Origin: a virus
Lineage: Duplodnaviria; Heunggongvirae; Uroviricota; Caudoviricetes
DNA length: 44,044 bases
Direction: 5' to 3' (one strand)
Virus record (IMG/VR): IMGVR_UViG_2718218453_000006
Positions within the stretch are counted from its first letter, which is position 1; the number at the start of each line of letters is the position of its first letter. Below the pieces are notes generated by a model. That model ran no database searches and was not told where the DNA came from. It was given only the letters and a program-made list of their open reading frames with translations. This document shows positions 1 to 9,458 of this stretch, one piece after another. The position numbers and the translations under genes are program-made.

Positions 1-157
1 TCAATAGGAAGATAGGAAATATTTCACAAAATCATTTTGGTTAACGATAGCAGACTTAATAAAGGTCAGATATATATCTGACCTTTTGCTTAAGATATCA
101 ATATTATTCATATAAAATCTCTAAACGCTATACAATCTATTTTGATATGTTTTATTT

Positions 158-433
158 TCACATATAACAAATCATAATGGCCTCTGTATGCATACACATT
201 ATATTTATTCTAACCTCTTCAAAATCTATGTATCTATGCTGACTTTGATCAATACTCTTCTTCGTTTTTTCAATAATATCATCGTAAACGGTTTCCATAT
301 AATATTTATCAGTAAATAGATCGAATACTTCATTAGCAGGCTTCGCAAGCACTTTCTTGGTAAAGCGAGAGTATTCTAACAATGCTGTAAGTTCTGCTGA
401 GTTCTGACTATTACATTTATTTTCTTTTTTCAT
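158..433 (-). CDS. hypothetical protein (91 aa) in the P4-type-integrase island
   Basis: ORF in AT-rich DNA downstream of the AlpA-like gene; no recognisable motif. Confidence 0.3.
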   Translation of the reverse strand: MKKENKCNSQNSAELTALLEYSRFTKKVLAKPANEVFDLFTDKYYMETVYDDIIEKTKKSIDQSQHRYIDFEEVRINIMCMHTEAIMICYM

Positions 434-555
434 TTTTGGTTCCTTATTTAATCGTTAAGTAAATATCCCCCTACACTTTCATGTATTATTTAAAAGGGGT
501 TGTTGTATTTTATAAATATATGTTTATATTGCTTTCACATACTACCCATATATTA

Positions 556-858
556 TTATGCAGCTGTATTACGTGATGAATAGATCAGTTGTTCAATCCA
601 TTCATCAATCTCACTTTCAACAAAGGCACTGGCTCTTATTCCAATCTTAATCGGCTTAGGGAAATCCCCCTTACTAATAAGTCTATAGATCCATGCTTTG
701 CTAAATCCTGTTTTATTGATCACTTCCGGCATGCGAATAAGTTTTTTTGTTGTCATATATTTCTCCGTTGTTGTTTTGATGAATGTAGTATCTTCAGATC
801 GCTTATGACGTTCAACCCTCGGAAAATCAGAATTGAACTCGAATTGAGTGTTTTTCAT
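556..858 (-). CDS. AlpA-family (MerR-like HTH) regulator / excisionase-like protein; true start probably an internal Met (MTTKKLIRMPEV...)
   Basis: Motif ...LIRMPEV...GFSKAWIYRLISKGDFPKPIKIG... typical of AlpA/prophage CP4-57-type regulators; sits next to a P4-type integrase. Confidence 0.7.
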   Translation of the reverse strand: MKNTQFEFNSDFPRVERHKRSEDTTFIKTTTEKYMTTKKLIRMPEVINKTGFSKAWIYRLISKGDFPKPIKIGIRASAFVESEIDEWIEQLIYSSRNTAA

Positions 859-1082
859 ACAAAAACAGATGAAATGGCGGGAGAGCTGTCACTGGGCGGG
901 GTGTAGAGCGATTTAGCAATAAGTGCTATTTATTTTCCTGTTTCAAGGTATTTTATAATTTTCATATTAATCAATTAGTTAATAAACATCAGTTTAAATT
1001 CTGACTTAATTCTTATCTGCATTAGCCAAGAAAAAGGGCTATGGCCGTTAAGACATAACCCTTCTTTCATCAGCAGTTATCC

Positions 1083-2297
1083 TTACCCACGCCGATTAAA
1101 CGTTCCCTGTACGACATTACCGCCTTTCTCAAGGCTTACCATGTAGTCGGCATACCATTGCAGCATCTCGCGTCTGCCATCGAGATATTGCGCATGGTTG
1201 TAGGTGCCACGGATAGCATTCTTATCAACATGGGCTAGTTGAGTTTCAATCCATGCGGTGTTGTAGCCCTGTTCATGAAGAACGGTGCTCATGGTATGAC
1301 GGAAGCCGTGACCCGTAACCCGTCCTGTATAGCCGATTCGCTTAAATACCTGATTGATACTGGCTTCGCTCATGGTCTTACTTGGATCATTGCGGCCCGG
1401 AAACAGCAAAGGGAATTGTCCCGTCATTGCTCTGATCTTTTCGATAATGGCTAACGCTTGGGTAGATAGCGGGATGATATGAGGACGACGCATTTTCATG
1501 CGTTCAGCAGAAATTTCCCATAGCGCTTTCTCGGAATCGATTTCCGACCATAAGGCACCACGCAATTCACCCGTTCTTAGGCCAGTAAGGATCAATAATC
1601 TTGCTGCCAACACCATCAATTCACTACCAGAGTAGCCAGCAAGGGCTTTAAAAAAGGCAGGAAGCTCTTCGGTGGTCAGGAACGGGTAATGTGTAGATTC
1701 ATGCCCCTGCATGGCACTGGTGAGATCAGGAGCGGGATTATACTCGGCTCTGCCTGTCACGATGGCATAGCGAAACACTTCACCACATCGTTGGCGCACT
1801 TTCTTTGCTTTCTCTGTTGCACCTCTGGCTTCGATTTTTTTAAGCACATTAAGAAGCTCTAATGGCTTAATGTCCGCAACAGGCCGTTGACCAAGAAAAG
1901 GAAAAATATCTTTATTGAAAGCTTCGAGAATGTCAGAGGCATACCCAACTGACCATTTTTTCACTTTCATGCTGTGCCATTCGAGCGCAATTTGCTGAAA
2001 GGTGTTTTTGACCTGCGCTTCACGCTCAGCTTTATGTTCTTTCTTAAGCTCTAAAGGATCGATACCACCAGCGATACCTTTTCGAGCTTCATCACGCTTT
2101 GCTCTGGCATCAGCCAAAGACACATCGGGATATACCCCCAGCGCCAATAACTTTTCCTTTCCATCGATACGATACTTTAAACGCCAGTAGCGTGACCCGT
2201 TAGTTTTAACCAATAAGTAGAGGCCACCACCATCAGCCATCTTGTAGGGTTTATCTTTGGGCTTGGCAGTCTCGACCTGTCTGGCATTGAGCTTCAT
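1083..2297 (-). CDS. P4-type tyrosine integrase (404 aa)
   Basis: N-terminal arm-binding signature (KPYKMADGGGLYLLVKTNGSRYWRLKYR), C-terminal catalytic region (HGFRHT...LAH...Y); 5' end about 175 bp from the 47-bp thrW-derived repeat. Confidence 0.9.
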   Translation of the reverse strand: MKLNARQVETAKPKDKPYKMADGGGLYLLVKTNGSRYWRLKYRIDGKEKLLALGVYPDVSLADARAKRDEARKGIAGGIDPLELKKEHKAEREAQVKNTFQQIALEWHSMKVKKWSVGYASDILEAFNKDIFPFLGQRPVADIKPLELLNVLKKIEARGATEKAKKVRQRCGEVFRYAIVTGRAEYNPAPDLTSAMQGHESTHYPFLTTEELPAFFKALAGYSGSELMVLAARLLILTGLRTGELRGALWSEIDSEKALWEISAERMKMRRPHIIPLSTQALAIIEKIRAMTGQFPLLFPGRNDPSKTMSEASINQVFKRIGYTGRVTGHGFRHTMSTVLHEQGYNTAWIETQLAHVDKNAIRGTYNHAQYLDGRREMLQWYADYMVSLEKGGNVVQGTFNRRG

Positions 2298-2471
2298 CTG
2301 GGGGTATCTCCTTTAGACCGAACAGCGAATACCCCCATTGATACCCCCAACTCACCGTAGATTTCTGTGAACGTGAGTAGACGAGCAGAGACAACAAGGG
2401 CCGTGAAACCGCGTATTATAAGGGTTTAAAGGGTATTTGAGTAGACTTAAGGAGACGTTAAAATAGGTAGG

Positions 2472-2518
2472 ATGGTGCCGATAATAGGAGTCGAACCTAC
2501 GACCTTCGCATTACGAAT
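2472..2518. repeat. 47-bp direct repeat identical to thrW 3' end (prophage att repeat; also junction with the adjacent integrase island)
   Basis: Exact 47/47 match to 42600-42646 (atggtgccgataataggagtcgaacctacgaccttcgcattacgaat). Confidence 0.9.
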
Positions 2519-2853
2519 TATAAGAATCCACTTCTAATTCAAAGCATTACCCCATCAACACTGCGCTCACACGTCCCACCACATCAAAACATGTAAAGCC
2601 TTGCAAGCCATTGCGAGGCCTTATGTGTCTCAGTTTTGTCCCACCTTGTATTACGACTTGCATAGCCAATGAAGATAAACGTGACGACAAACGGCGCAGC
2701 AGTCTTCTTTTCCTTCATACTTTCCCCACCCAGCATGCATACCTTCTACCATAACTGTAGTGAATGTCTGTTATGAGCGAAAATCGGAAGTTAGTGTCCT
2801 CATAATTTTGATAGAATGTTCGAACTTTTCCTTTCTAAGAAACTTGAGAAGTT

Positions 2854-3285
2854 ATGAAAAAATCACTCGTGCTAGTTATGTTTCTTTTCTCAGCTTGTGT
2901 TACTGCGAGTAATGACCTAGATCTATATGATAATCAAGGCAACGCCGTCGTTTATATTTCACTTGATGACGAGTTGACTTTATATAGTTGGGAGGGTGAA
3001 CCAAGCGCCTACCTTAAACATAACCAGAACAATGAGTTTGATGTTTATGGATTCAATGGGAATCATTTAGGCTGGTTTACTAATGGTATGTTGATTGATC
3101 ACGATGGCTATGTTGCCTGTGCAGTAAAAGACATGGTTACCACACCTAATTTGCCATCACTTAAATCACTTAAGAGCCTCAAGCCTCTAAAATCGCTAAC
3201 GGAACTTCCCCCTCTTTTCCCGCTGCTAAAAAATGCCTTTGGTCAGACAAATTGTTCTTTGTTAGTAGCTTCAGGTGTTGCATAA
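2854..3285 (+). CDS. putative secreted protein or lipoprotein with C-terminal SLK/PLK repeats (143 aa)
   Basis: N-terminal signal peptide with Cys (MKKSLVLVMFLFSAC), tandem peptide repeat PSLKSLKSLKPLKSL. Confidence 0.45.
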   Translation: MKKSLVLVMFLFSACVTASNDLDLYDNQGNAVVYISLDDELTLYSWEGEPSAYLKHNQNNEFDVYGFNGNHLGWFTNGMLIDHDGYVACAVKDMVTTPNLPSLKSLKSLKPLKSLTELPPLFPLLKNAFGQTNCSLLVASGVA

Positions 3286-3661
3286 ATCCACAACGGATGC
3301 ATTTCTTGAAAGGGATGCCCCTCCAGAGGATAAAATGCTTACGGTATCCGCTCCTGACACGGAGCGGACCAATCAGGTGGTTGTAAGGTCCGCTATGAGC
3401 AAGAAGCGGAAGTTGGCAGTTTTGTGGACTGTCCCCACAAAAGTGACTACAGAAATAGTTGCAATTCATAATTGATCATGGGTTGTCAGTTAAACTCGTG
3501 GCGATTTAAATAGACTAATTGGGAGTGCGTCCATTACTTATATCTTGTAATGTTAACTATCAGAAATGATACAAAGATAATATGTCTTTAAAGAAAAGAC
3601 TGATGGCGAAAAGTGGCCCGATGAGGGCCACTGATCCTACCCACGTAATATGGACACAGGC

Positions 3662-4528
3662 CTAAGCGAGGTTCTTGTTTTCAAATTGTTCCGGACTGAG
3701 GCCGCCACACCAACTGTGCCGCCGCCACCGATTGTAATCACATTCGATATAATTAAACACCGTTGCCCGCATTATTTCCCGGCTGATAAAGTGTTCTCCA
3801 TGGATACATTCCACTTTCAGCGAATGAAAGAAGCTTTCCACGCAGGCATTATCGTAGCAGCAACCTTTTGCGCTCATACTTCCACGCAGATTATGCCGCT
3901 TCAGTTGCGCCTGATAATCTGCTGAACAGTACTGGCCTCCACGGTCCGTGTGAACGATAACGTTCCGGGGCCTCGTACGCCGCCATAGCGCCATCTGCAG
4001 GGCATCGCAGGCCAGTTGCGCCGTCATGCGTGGCGACATTGACCAGCCAATAACGGCACGTGACCACAGGTCAATGACCACTGCCAGATACAGCCAGCCT
4101 TCATCTGTACGTAAGTACGTGATGTCTCCTGCCCACTTCTGGTTCGGGCCACTGGCGTAAAAATCCTGCTCCAACAGATTTTCTGACACAGGCAGGCCGT
4201 GTGCGCGGTAGCTGACCGGGCTGAACTTCCGGGAGGCCTTTGCCCTCAGTCCCTGACGGCGCAGGCTTGCCGCCACGGTTTTTACGTTAAAGGGGTAACC
4301 CTGAGCACGCAGTTCATCCGTCAGGCGTGGGGCACCGTAACGCTGTTTTGACCGGGTAAAAGCCGCGAGGACAACGCTGTCGCAGTGTTGGCGGAACTGC
4401 TGACGCGTGCTTATCCTTGTCCGCCGCTGACACCACGTATACCAGCCGCTGCGGGCCACCCGGAGCACGCGGCACATTGCTTTGATGCTGAACTCAGCCT
4501 GATGTTTTTCAATAAAGACATACTTCAT
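3662..4528 (-). CDS. insF: IS3 transposase OrfB (DDE integrase domain)
   Basis: 288-aa ORF matching IS3 OrfB as recalled from memory, with DDE catalytic region (HTDRGGQY...). Confidence 0.9.
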   Translation of the reverse strand: MKYVFIEKHQAEFSIKAMCRVLRVARSGWYTWCQRRTRISTRQQFRQHCDSVVLAAFTRSKQRYGAPRLTDELRAQGYPFNVKTVAASLRRQGLRAKASRKFSPVSYRAHGLPVSENLLEQDFYASGPNQKWAGDITYLRTDEGWLYLAVVIDLWSRAVIGWSMSPRMTAQLACDALQMALWRRTRPRNVIVHTDRGGQYCSADYQAQLKRHNLRGSMSAKGCCYDNACVESFFHSLKVECIHGEHFISREIMRATVFNYIECDYNRWRRHSWCGGLSPEQFENKNLA

Positions 4529-4833
4529 TTCAGGCGCTTCGCGAAGTATGTCGCGGCCTTTTGGAGGATAGCCAGCTCTTCATCCCGTTCTGCCAGCTGG
4601 CGTTTGAGACGTGCAATCTCGGTAGACATCTCCAGTTCACGTTCAGAAGACGTCTGCTGATTTTGCTGTTTACTGCGCCAGTTGTAGAGCTGTGATTCAT
4701 ACAGGCTGAGTTCACGGGCTGCGGCAGTAACACCGATGCGTTCAGCAAGCTTCAGGGCTTCACTGCGAAATTCAGGCGAATGCTGTTTACGGGGTTTTTT
4801 ACTGGTTGATACTGTTTTTGTCATGTGAGTCAC
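4525..4833 (-). CDS. insE: IS3 transposase OrfA (HTH)
   Basis: 102-aa ORF matching IS3 OrfA as recalled from memory; overlaps OrfB in the frameshift configuration. Confidence 0.9.
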   Translation of the reverse strand: MTHMTKTVSTSKKPRKQHSPEFRSEALKLAERIGVTAAARELSLYESQLYNWRSKQQNQQTSSERELEMSTEIARLKRQLAERDEELAILQKAATYFAKRLK

Positions 4834-4906
4834 CTCTGACTGAGAGTTTACTCACTTAGCCGCGTGTCCACTATTGCTGGGTAAGATCACACAATACGGC
4901 TGTCAC

Positions 4907-5239
4907 TTAGACGTAAATATCAATGGTGCCAGCGGTATTTGTATCGTCTTTTTTCTCTTCTTTTTTATCAGGATGAACTGTCGCGTCTTCATTCTTTTTC
5001 TCTGCCTGCTGCCTTAACAACTGCTCCAGTTGAGCCCTGAGGCTTTCAATTTGCTTCTGTACCAATGCAGCCATTTCTTTTTTCTGCTGTGTCGTCATCC
5101 CCTCTTCCGATGAGATTTTCCCAAGCTTTTCAGTCAGCACCTGAATTTGTCTTGTGATTTTGGCTATTTCTGATGTTCCTTCCGGGGCGGAGTTGTTTGA
5201 AATAACGGTTGAGGTATTTCCCTGAATTGTGACAGACAT
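4907..5239 (-). CDS. flxA: FlxA-like protein (110 aa, coiled-coil)
   Basis: Sequence MSVTIQGNTSTVISNNSAPEGTSEIAKITRQ... recalled as E. coli FlxA; strong RBS (AGGAGA); preceded by a sigma-28-type promoter. Confidence 0.6.
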   Translation of the reverse strand: MSVTIQGNTSTVISNNSAPEGTSEIAKITRQIQVLTEKLGKISSEEGMTTQQKKEMAALVQKQIESLRAQLEQLLRQQAEKKNEDATVHPDKKEEKKDDTNTAGTIDIYV

Positions 5240-5262
5240 AGATTTCTCCTTTTAAAAAAGCA

Positions 5263-5289
5263 CTATCGGCATGCACAAAAAAATCTTTA
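5263..5289 (-). promoter_or_regulatory. sigma-28 (FliA) class promoter upstream of the flxA-like gene
   Basis: On the minus strand TAAAGATT-N11-GCCGATAG against consensus TAAAGTTT-N11-GCCGATAA, about 25 bp upstream of the start codon. Confidence 0.55.
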
Positions 5290-6034
5290 ATCGTATTTCT
5301 TGTGTCATTAATTGTTTGATGTTCAGATTGTTTTCCTCGCGGGCTGGCGCGCCTCAGAAAGTAAAGCTTGTTGACAGGGGTAAACGTTCGGCAATAATTT
5401 TCTGCCGCATGCGGGTGTTGCATAAAACGTGCTACGTTCCTTTATCGACAGGTCAGGTCACCGCTCACCCGCCGACGAGAAAGCAACACTGACATGCTAA
5501 AGCAAAAAATAGATGAATAAGTTGAGTTGTGCATATGTAGCCTGACCGTCACAAAGTATATGGTGTCTGTACCAGTAAGATGGTGGCCGGACTCTTTAAA
5601 AACGAGCTGACCTGCACAATACAGGATGGACTTAGCAATGGCTGCTCCTGGCACATAGCAGCCCTAGAGACAGTGGCGTAAAGTCATGGAGGGTCGGTGG
5701 CAGGAGATGCAAATCCTCTCATACAAAAATACGTAAAATCAATAACGGCTAGAAATCATTCAATACTCGCACTATCTAACATTTACCAGCCAACCGCAGC
5801 ACGTCTTGCATACGACCTGTCTGCGGTTTCAATCACCTCTCACCACCAGTCCCATCAATAATAATTAAACAGCGCCTAAACAAAATAAATAACAACAAGT
5901 CAACAACCTCGACAGGATGCCGATGGGATGATGAAGAGATAAGAAAGAATAACTAGTAAAGCCCTAAAACGTCAGCGTTCAGACGCGTTTTTTACTTAAC
6001 CGGTAACAAATACGTTGTATCATAGCAACATAAA

Positions 6035-7984
6035 ATGATTGTTCTAAATCAGATTAACTCCTCACTTTTGTACAATGTCGCTTACAGGTATACCATGAAA
6101 TCCGAGACGCTAACTGTCCAACAACTTTTTCAAGACCGCCGACAATACTGCGTTCCATTCTATCAACGTGCCTATGTATGGACTCAGCGAAACCAATGGT
6201 CAGCTCTACTGGAGGATATCCTAGAGAAAGCACAATCCCGGCTCTCGGGTACAAAACCAACTCCCCATTTCCTTGGTGCAGTGGTACTGGAACCTCAACC
6301 AAAAAAAGGATTATTAGGTGTAGATTCCATACATATTATTGATGGTCAGCAACGATTGACCACTCTTCAATATGTTCTGGCATCCATCCGATTAGCATTA
6401 CGTGCGACAGATCTTTCCAACTTAGGGCCTCTCATTTCGTCTTGCCTGAAAAACTCAAACGAAGACACAATGCGAAATAAAGAAGTAGAGCGCTTCAAAC
6501 TGTGGCCAACTTTTCGGGATCAAACTCATTTTATTCAAAGTTTTAATGTTGAAAATATTGACGATATCCGGAATGTATTCTCTGATAGTTTCACGCAGCA
6601 TGGTACGTTGCGTAAGCATTTTAATCACCCGCCATCACTAGAAGCATTATGTTTTTTTACTGAAGCCTTTATAAAGTGGATTAAAATAGAAAATCACTCA
6701 CCACGAGAAAATGCTGTAGCATTAATTGAGGCTGTCTTGACGGATCTGAAACTAGTAAGCATATTTCTCGAGGCTGAAGATGACGCTCAAATAATTTTTG
6801 AAACATTAAATGGCAGAGGTGCGGAACTTCATGCCACAGATCTTATTCGCAATTATATTTTTATGTGCGCTGAACATGAAAATATTAATGCTGTTGAATT
6901 ATATGAGAATGAGTGGAAGATCTTTGAAGATACGTACTGGTCAGAAAGACAACGTCGTGGTCGTATTAATAAACCACGCATGGAGTGGCTAGTGCATGCG
7001 ACATTGCAATCAGAAAGGCAACGTGAAATCGATCTGTCTCGTCTTTACAATGAGTATCGTGATTATGTAAGTAAGGACTTGCCTTCACAACGAGCAGATC
7101 TGCAAGTAAAGCGCCTCAAACAATATGCATCACAATATAAAGAATTGGTTGGTGGTTTTGGCACAACCCCCATCTCACACTTTGGACATCGCATCGCAGC
7201 CTATGATGTGACGACACTTTATCCGCTTGCTTTGTTCATTTCGATAGCTAACATCGCCGATGATGAGAAAGCAGCCATGTATAATGATCTTGTCTCCTAC
7301 GTAGTACGAAGAGCCGTATGTGGCCTGACGCCAAAGAATTACAACAATGTATTTATGAATGTATTGCGGCACTTGTCTAAAACGGAAATTTCCAGTGTTG
7401 AGTTACGTAATATCCTCAATAGCTTAAATGGCGAAGCCTCACGTTGGCCTGGGGACTCAGAATTTCTCAACGCTTGCATCAATGCTCCACTTTATCCTGG
7501 CAGGCTCGACGCACCGAAAATGCGCTCAATGTTAACGGAACTTGAAAGAGAACTTTGTCGCCAAGTGAAGACAGAGAAGCCTGATGTTCCAAATCTTTCT
7601 AACCTCGATATCGATCATCTTATGCCTCAAAGTTGGTATTCCTGTTGGCCTCTCGAAAATGGTCATATGGTGACAAATTCAGATGCTACGGTATTGAACC
7701 AAATTGTTCTGTCTGGAACCGATCTTACCCCTGAACAGCTACTGGTAAGGAAACGGCAACAAGCGATAGCTACGTTGGGAAATCTAACTTTGCTTAACCT
7801 TAGCGTAAACCGTTCTGTTCAGAATGCTGTATTTCTGAAAAAACGTGATGCTCTCATCGTCCACACCAATCTACGACTGAACATTCCACTTATAGTTAAG
7901 GATAAATGGGATGAGGATGAAATCCTGGAGCGGGGTAAAAAGTTGGGGGAAATTGCATTGAAAGTATGGCCAAAACACGATTAA
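6035..7984 (+). CDS. DUF262/DUF1524 fusion protein (GmrSD-like; candidate modification-dependent type IV restriction or defence nuclease); start may be the Met at 6095
   Basis: N-terminal ParB-like DUF262 motif (IIDGQQRLTTL); C-terminal His-Me/HNH-like DUF1524 motif (DIDHLMPQSW); 649 aa. Confidence 0.8.
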   Translation: MIVLNQINSSLLYNVAYRYTMKSETLTVQQLFQDRRQYCVPFYQRAYVWTQRNQWSALLEDILEKAQSRLSGTKPTPHFLGAVVLEPQPKKGLLGVDSIHIIDGQQRLTTLQYVLASIRLALRATDLSNLGPLISSCLKNSNEDTMRNKEVERFKLWPTFRDQTHFIQSFNVENIDDIRNVFSDSFTQHGTLRKHFNHPPSLEALCFFTEAFIKWIKIENHSPRENAVALIEAVLTDLKLVSIFLEAEDDAQIIFETLNGRGAELHATDLIRNYIFMCAEHENINAVELYENEWKIFEDTYWSERQRRGRINKPRMEWLVHATLQSERQREIDLSRLYNEYRDYVSKDLPSQRADLQVKRLKQYASQYKELVGGFGTTPISHFGHRIAAYDVTTLYPLALFISIANIADDEKAAMYNDLVSYVVRRAVCGLTPKNYNNVFMNVLRHLSKTEISSVELRNILNSLNGEASRWPGDSEFLNACINAPLYPGRLDAPKMRSMLTELERELCRQVKTEKPDVPNLSNLDIDHLMPQSWYSCWPLENGHMVTNSDATVLNQIVLSGTDLTPEQLLVRKRQQAIATLGNLTLLNLSVNRSVQNAVFLKKRDALIVHTNLRLNIPLIVKDKWDEDEILERGKKLGEIALKVWPKHD

Positions 7985-8079
7985 TGCAATTAATAAAATG
8001 ATTATAGCGGCTTTACATTAGTAAGGCCGCTACTCACTATTAAATCCTTTAATTTGCAACAAGAACAGCAGTGTCAGCC

Positions 8080-8208
8080 CTAGGTTTCGGACTTTGTACC
8101 GCTTATCTTGTCTTCAAAAATCAGCTCGCATCCTGCACAGCTCAACGCATTACGTTGTAGATCGGTGTTCTGGTCATTTGTTGATACGCGTACATAGCCA
8201 ATAAGCAT
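8080..8208 (-). pseudogene. 5' remnant of a Pin/Gin/Hin-family serine DNA invertase (42 codons then stop)
   Basis: Minus-strand translation MLIGYVRVSTNDQNTDLQRNALSCAGCELIFEDKISGTKSE then TAG; matches the invertase N-terminus including the catalytic Ser region; RBS GGGGGAG present; rest of the gene absent. Confidence 0.8.
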
Positions 8209-8263
8209 GGTAGCTCCCCCTGACAAAAGCAGGAATGATGCCATTTGCTCGTTATTTCTGCAT

Positions 8264-8289
8264 CTTCATAAACGTTGGTTTGGGAGAAG
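8264..8289. repeat. gix/hix-like recombination site (one arm of the inverted repeat flanking the invertible tail-fibre segment)
   Basis: cttcataaacgttggtttgggagaag is near-identical to the reverse complement of 10058-10083; resembles hix/gix core AAACC..GGTTT. Confidence 0.6.
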
Positions 8290-8609
8290 CGGCAAAACGG
8301 AATGTGGGAACTGGGGAAAATCAGATACCTGATATGTCATCATATGCATCAGGTTCAGGCTGGCGAAAAATGCCAGATGGTTCAATTGAACAGTGGGGAC
8401 GAATTAGTTTTCCTAGTGAACACGGGCCTGTATCCGCCAATGTTTCATTCCCGATTCCATTTACACAGACACCGGGCATTGTAATTGTGTGCGATGGTGG
8501 TTTCGGGGGTGGGAATATGTGGGGGGCGACCAACTGGAGCACTACCGGCTTCATAGCTCACTGCAATTATGGTCTTGAAGGTGGTGCGTTTTTCGCTAAG
8601 GGCTGGTAA
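8264..8609 (+). CDS. alternative tail-fibre C-terminal cassette (Sv'), currently not joined to the constant N-terminus
   Basis: Plus-strand ORF begins at the gix-like site with NVGLGE, mirroring NLGLGD in the expressed fibre; followed by its own tfa. Confidence 0.5.
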
Positions 8610-9052
8610 TGATGAAATATCTGTACGTAAACAACCTGGCATATCCTTACGAACTTAAGTCTCTTTATGTTGAAAAAGGTGAGTGGCCTGAAGAAAAAGG
8701 TGTTGATATAGACGAAGTAATTTTCAGGGAATATTTCTATGATACACCACCAGAAGGAAAATACAGATGTGTCGGAGAAGATGGACTGCCTGCATGGGTA
8801 GATATTCCTCCACCAACACGTGAAGAACAAATTGCATCAGCCGAAACTAAAAAGCAGCAATTGATTAATCAGGCCAACGAATACATCAACAGTAAACAAT
8901 GGCCAGGTAAAGCATCAATTGGTCGTCTGAAAGGTGAGGAACTGGTGCAATATAATTTGTGGCTGGATTATCTGGACGCACTGGAACTGGTTGATACCTC
9001 CAGTGCTCCAGATATTGAATGGCCTACGCCTCCGGCAGTTCAGGCCAGATGA
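8609..9052 (+). CDS. tail fibre assembly protein (alternative, Tfa')
   Basis: 147-aa ORF with the conserved Tfa C-terminus ([27 protein letters not shown]). Confidence 0.7.
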   Translation: MMKYLYVNNLAYPYELKSLYVEKGEWPEEKGVDIDEVIFREYFYDTPPEGKYRCVGEDGLPAWVDIPPPTREEQIASAETKKQQLINQANEYINSKQWPGKASIGRLKGEELVQYNLWLDYLDALELVDTSSAPDIEWPTPPAVQAR

Positions 9053-9458
9053 CATCCGGCGCAGTGCTGGTATCTGTTGCCGTCACCGCGTCAATGTAAT
9101 CCAGCACGGCGTTAAGTCGGGTGGTTTCTGCCTGCGTCAGCTTCCGCCCGGCCTGCAGCTTTAACTGAATCACGCTGATATTGACCATTGCTGCGTCTAT
9201 CAACGACTGTTTTTTCTGTTCAGCGTCAGCTACCAGTTCATCATGAGAACGTTCCGGAGGGAGCGGCGCAGTAAATACCCCGTCTGAATACGCCCAGCCG
9301 ATTCCGGGCTGCTCACTGATATCAGAAATATTAATGAGCTGCAGATTATCCGGCACAGTGAATTCATCCTCGCCATCCCAGACAATGACATTCACAACCA
9401 TCCCATTTTCAATAACTGCATATGACGCATTCATTATGCAAACTCCTCGATAATACAA
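9024..9458 (-). CDS. tail fibre assembly protein (Tfa)
   Basis: 144-aa ORF, C-terminal [28 protein letters not shown]; directly downstream of the tail-fibre gene. Confidence 0.8.
   Translation of the reverse strand: MYYRGVCIMNASYAVIENGMVVNVIVWDGEDEFTVPDNLQLINISDISEQPGIGWAYSDGVFTAPLPPERSHDELVADAEQKKQSLIDAAMVNISVIQLKLQAGRKLTQAETTRLNAVLDYIDAVTATDTSTAPDVIWPELPEA

Larger units (their letters stand above)
3632..4889 (-). mobile_element. IS3 insertion sequence, complete (1258 bp) with 3-bp target-site duplication CAC
   Basis: Terminal inverted repeats TGATCCTACCCACG... at 3632 and ...GCTGGGTAAGATCA ending 4889; flanking CAC at 3629-3631 and 4890-4892; two overlapping transposase ORFs. Confidence 0.9.

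Noticed and set aside
2472-2518. Possible second tRNA gene
   Set aside because: Only the 3' 47 nt of thrW are present with no D-arm or anticodon arm; it is an att-site duplication, not a gene
3179-3475. ORFs 3179-3469 (minus) and 3275-3475 (plus) between the putative lipoprotein gene and IS3
   Set aside because: They overlap each other and the 3' end of the lipoprotein gene, with no RBS or recognisable domain; could be debris of a gene disrupted before the IS3 insertion, but there is no positive evidence
5130-5654. ORFs 5130-5423, 5271-5492 and 5442-5654
   Set aside because: They overlap the flxA-like gene and its promoter or lie in the AT-rich intergenic region, with no RBS or recognisable motifs; likely spurious
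6054-6302. Minus-strand 82-aa ORF inside the DUF262 gene
   Set aside because: Fully embedded antisense to a motif-supported gene; no start context
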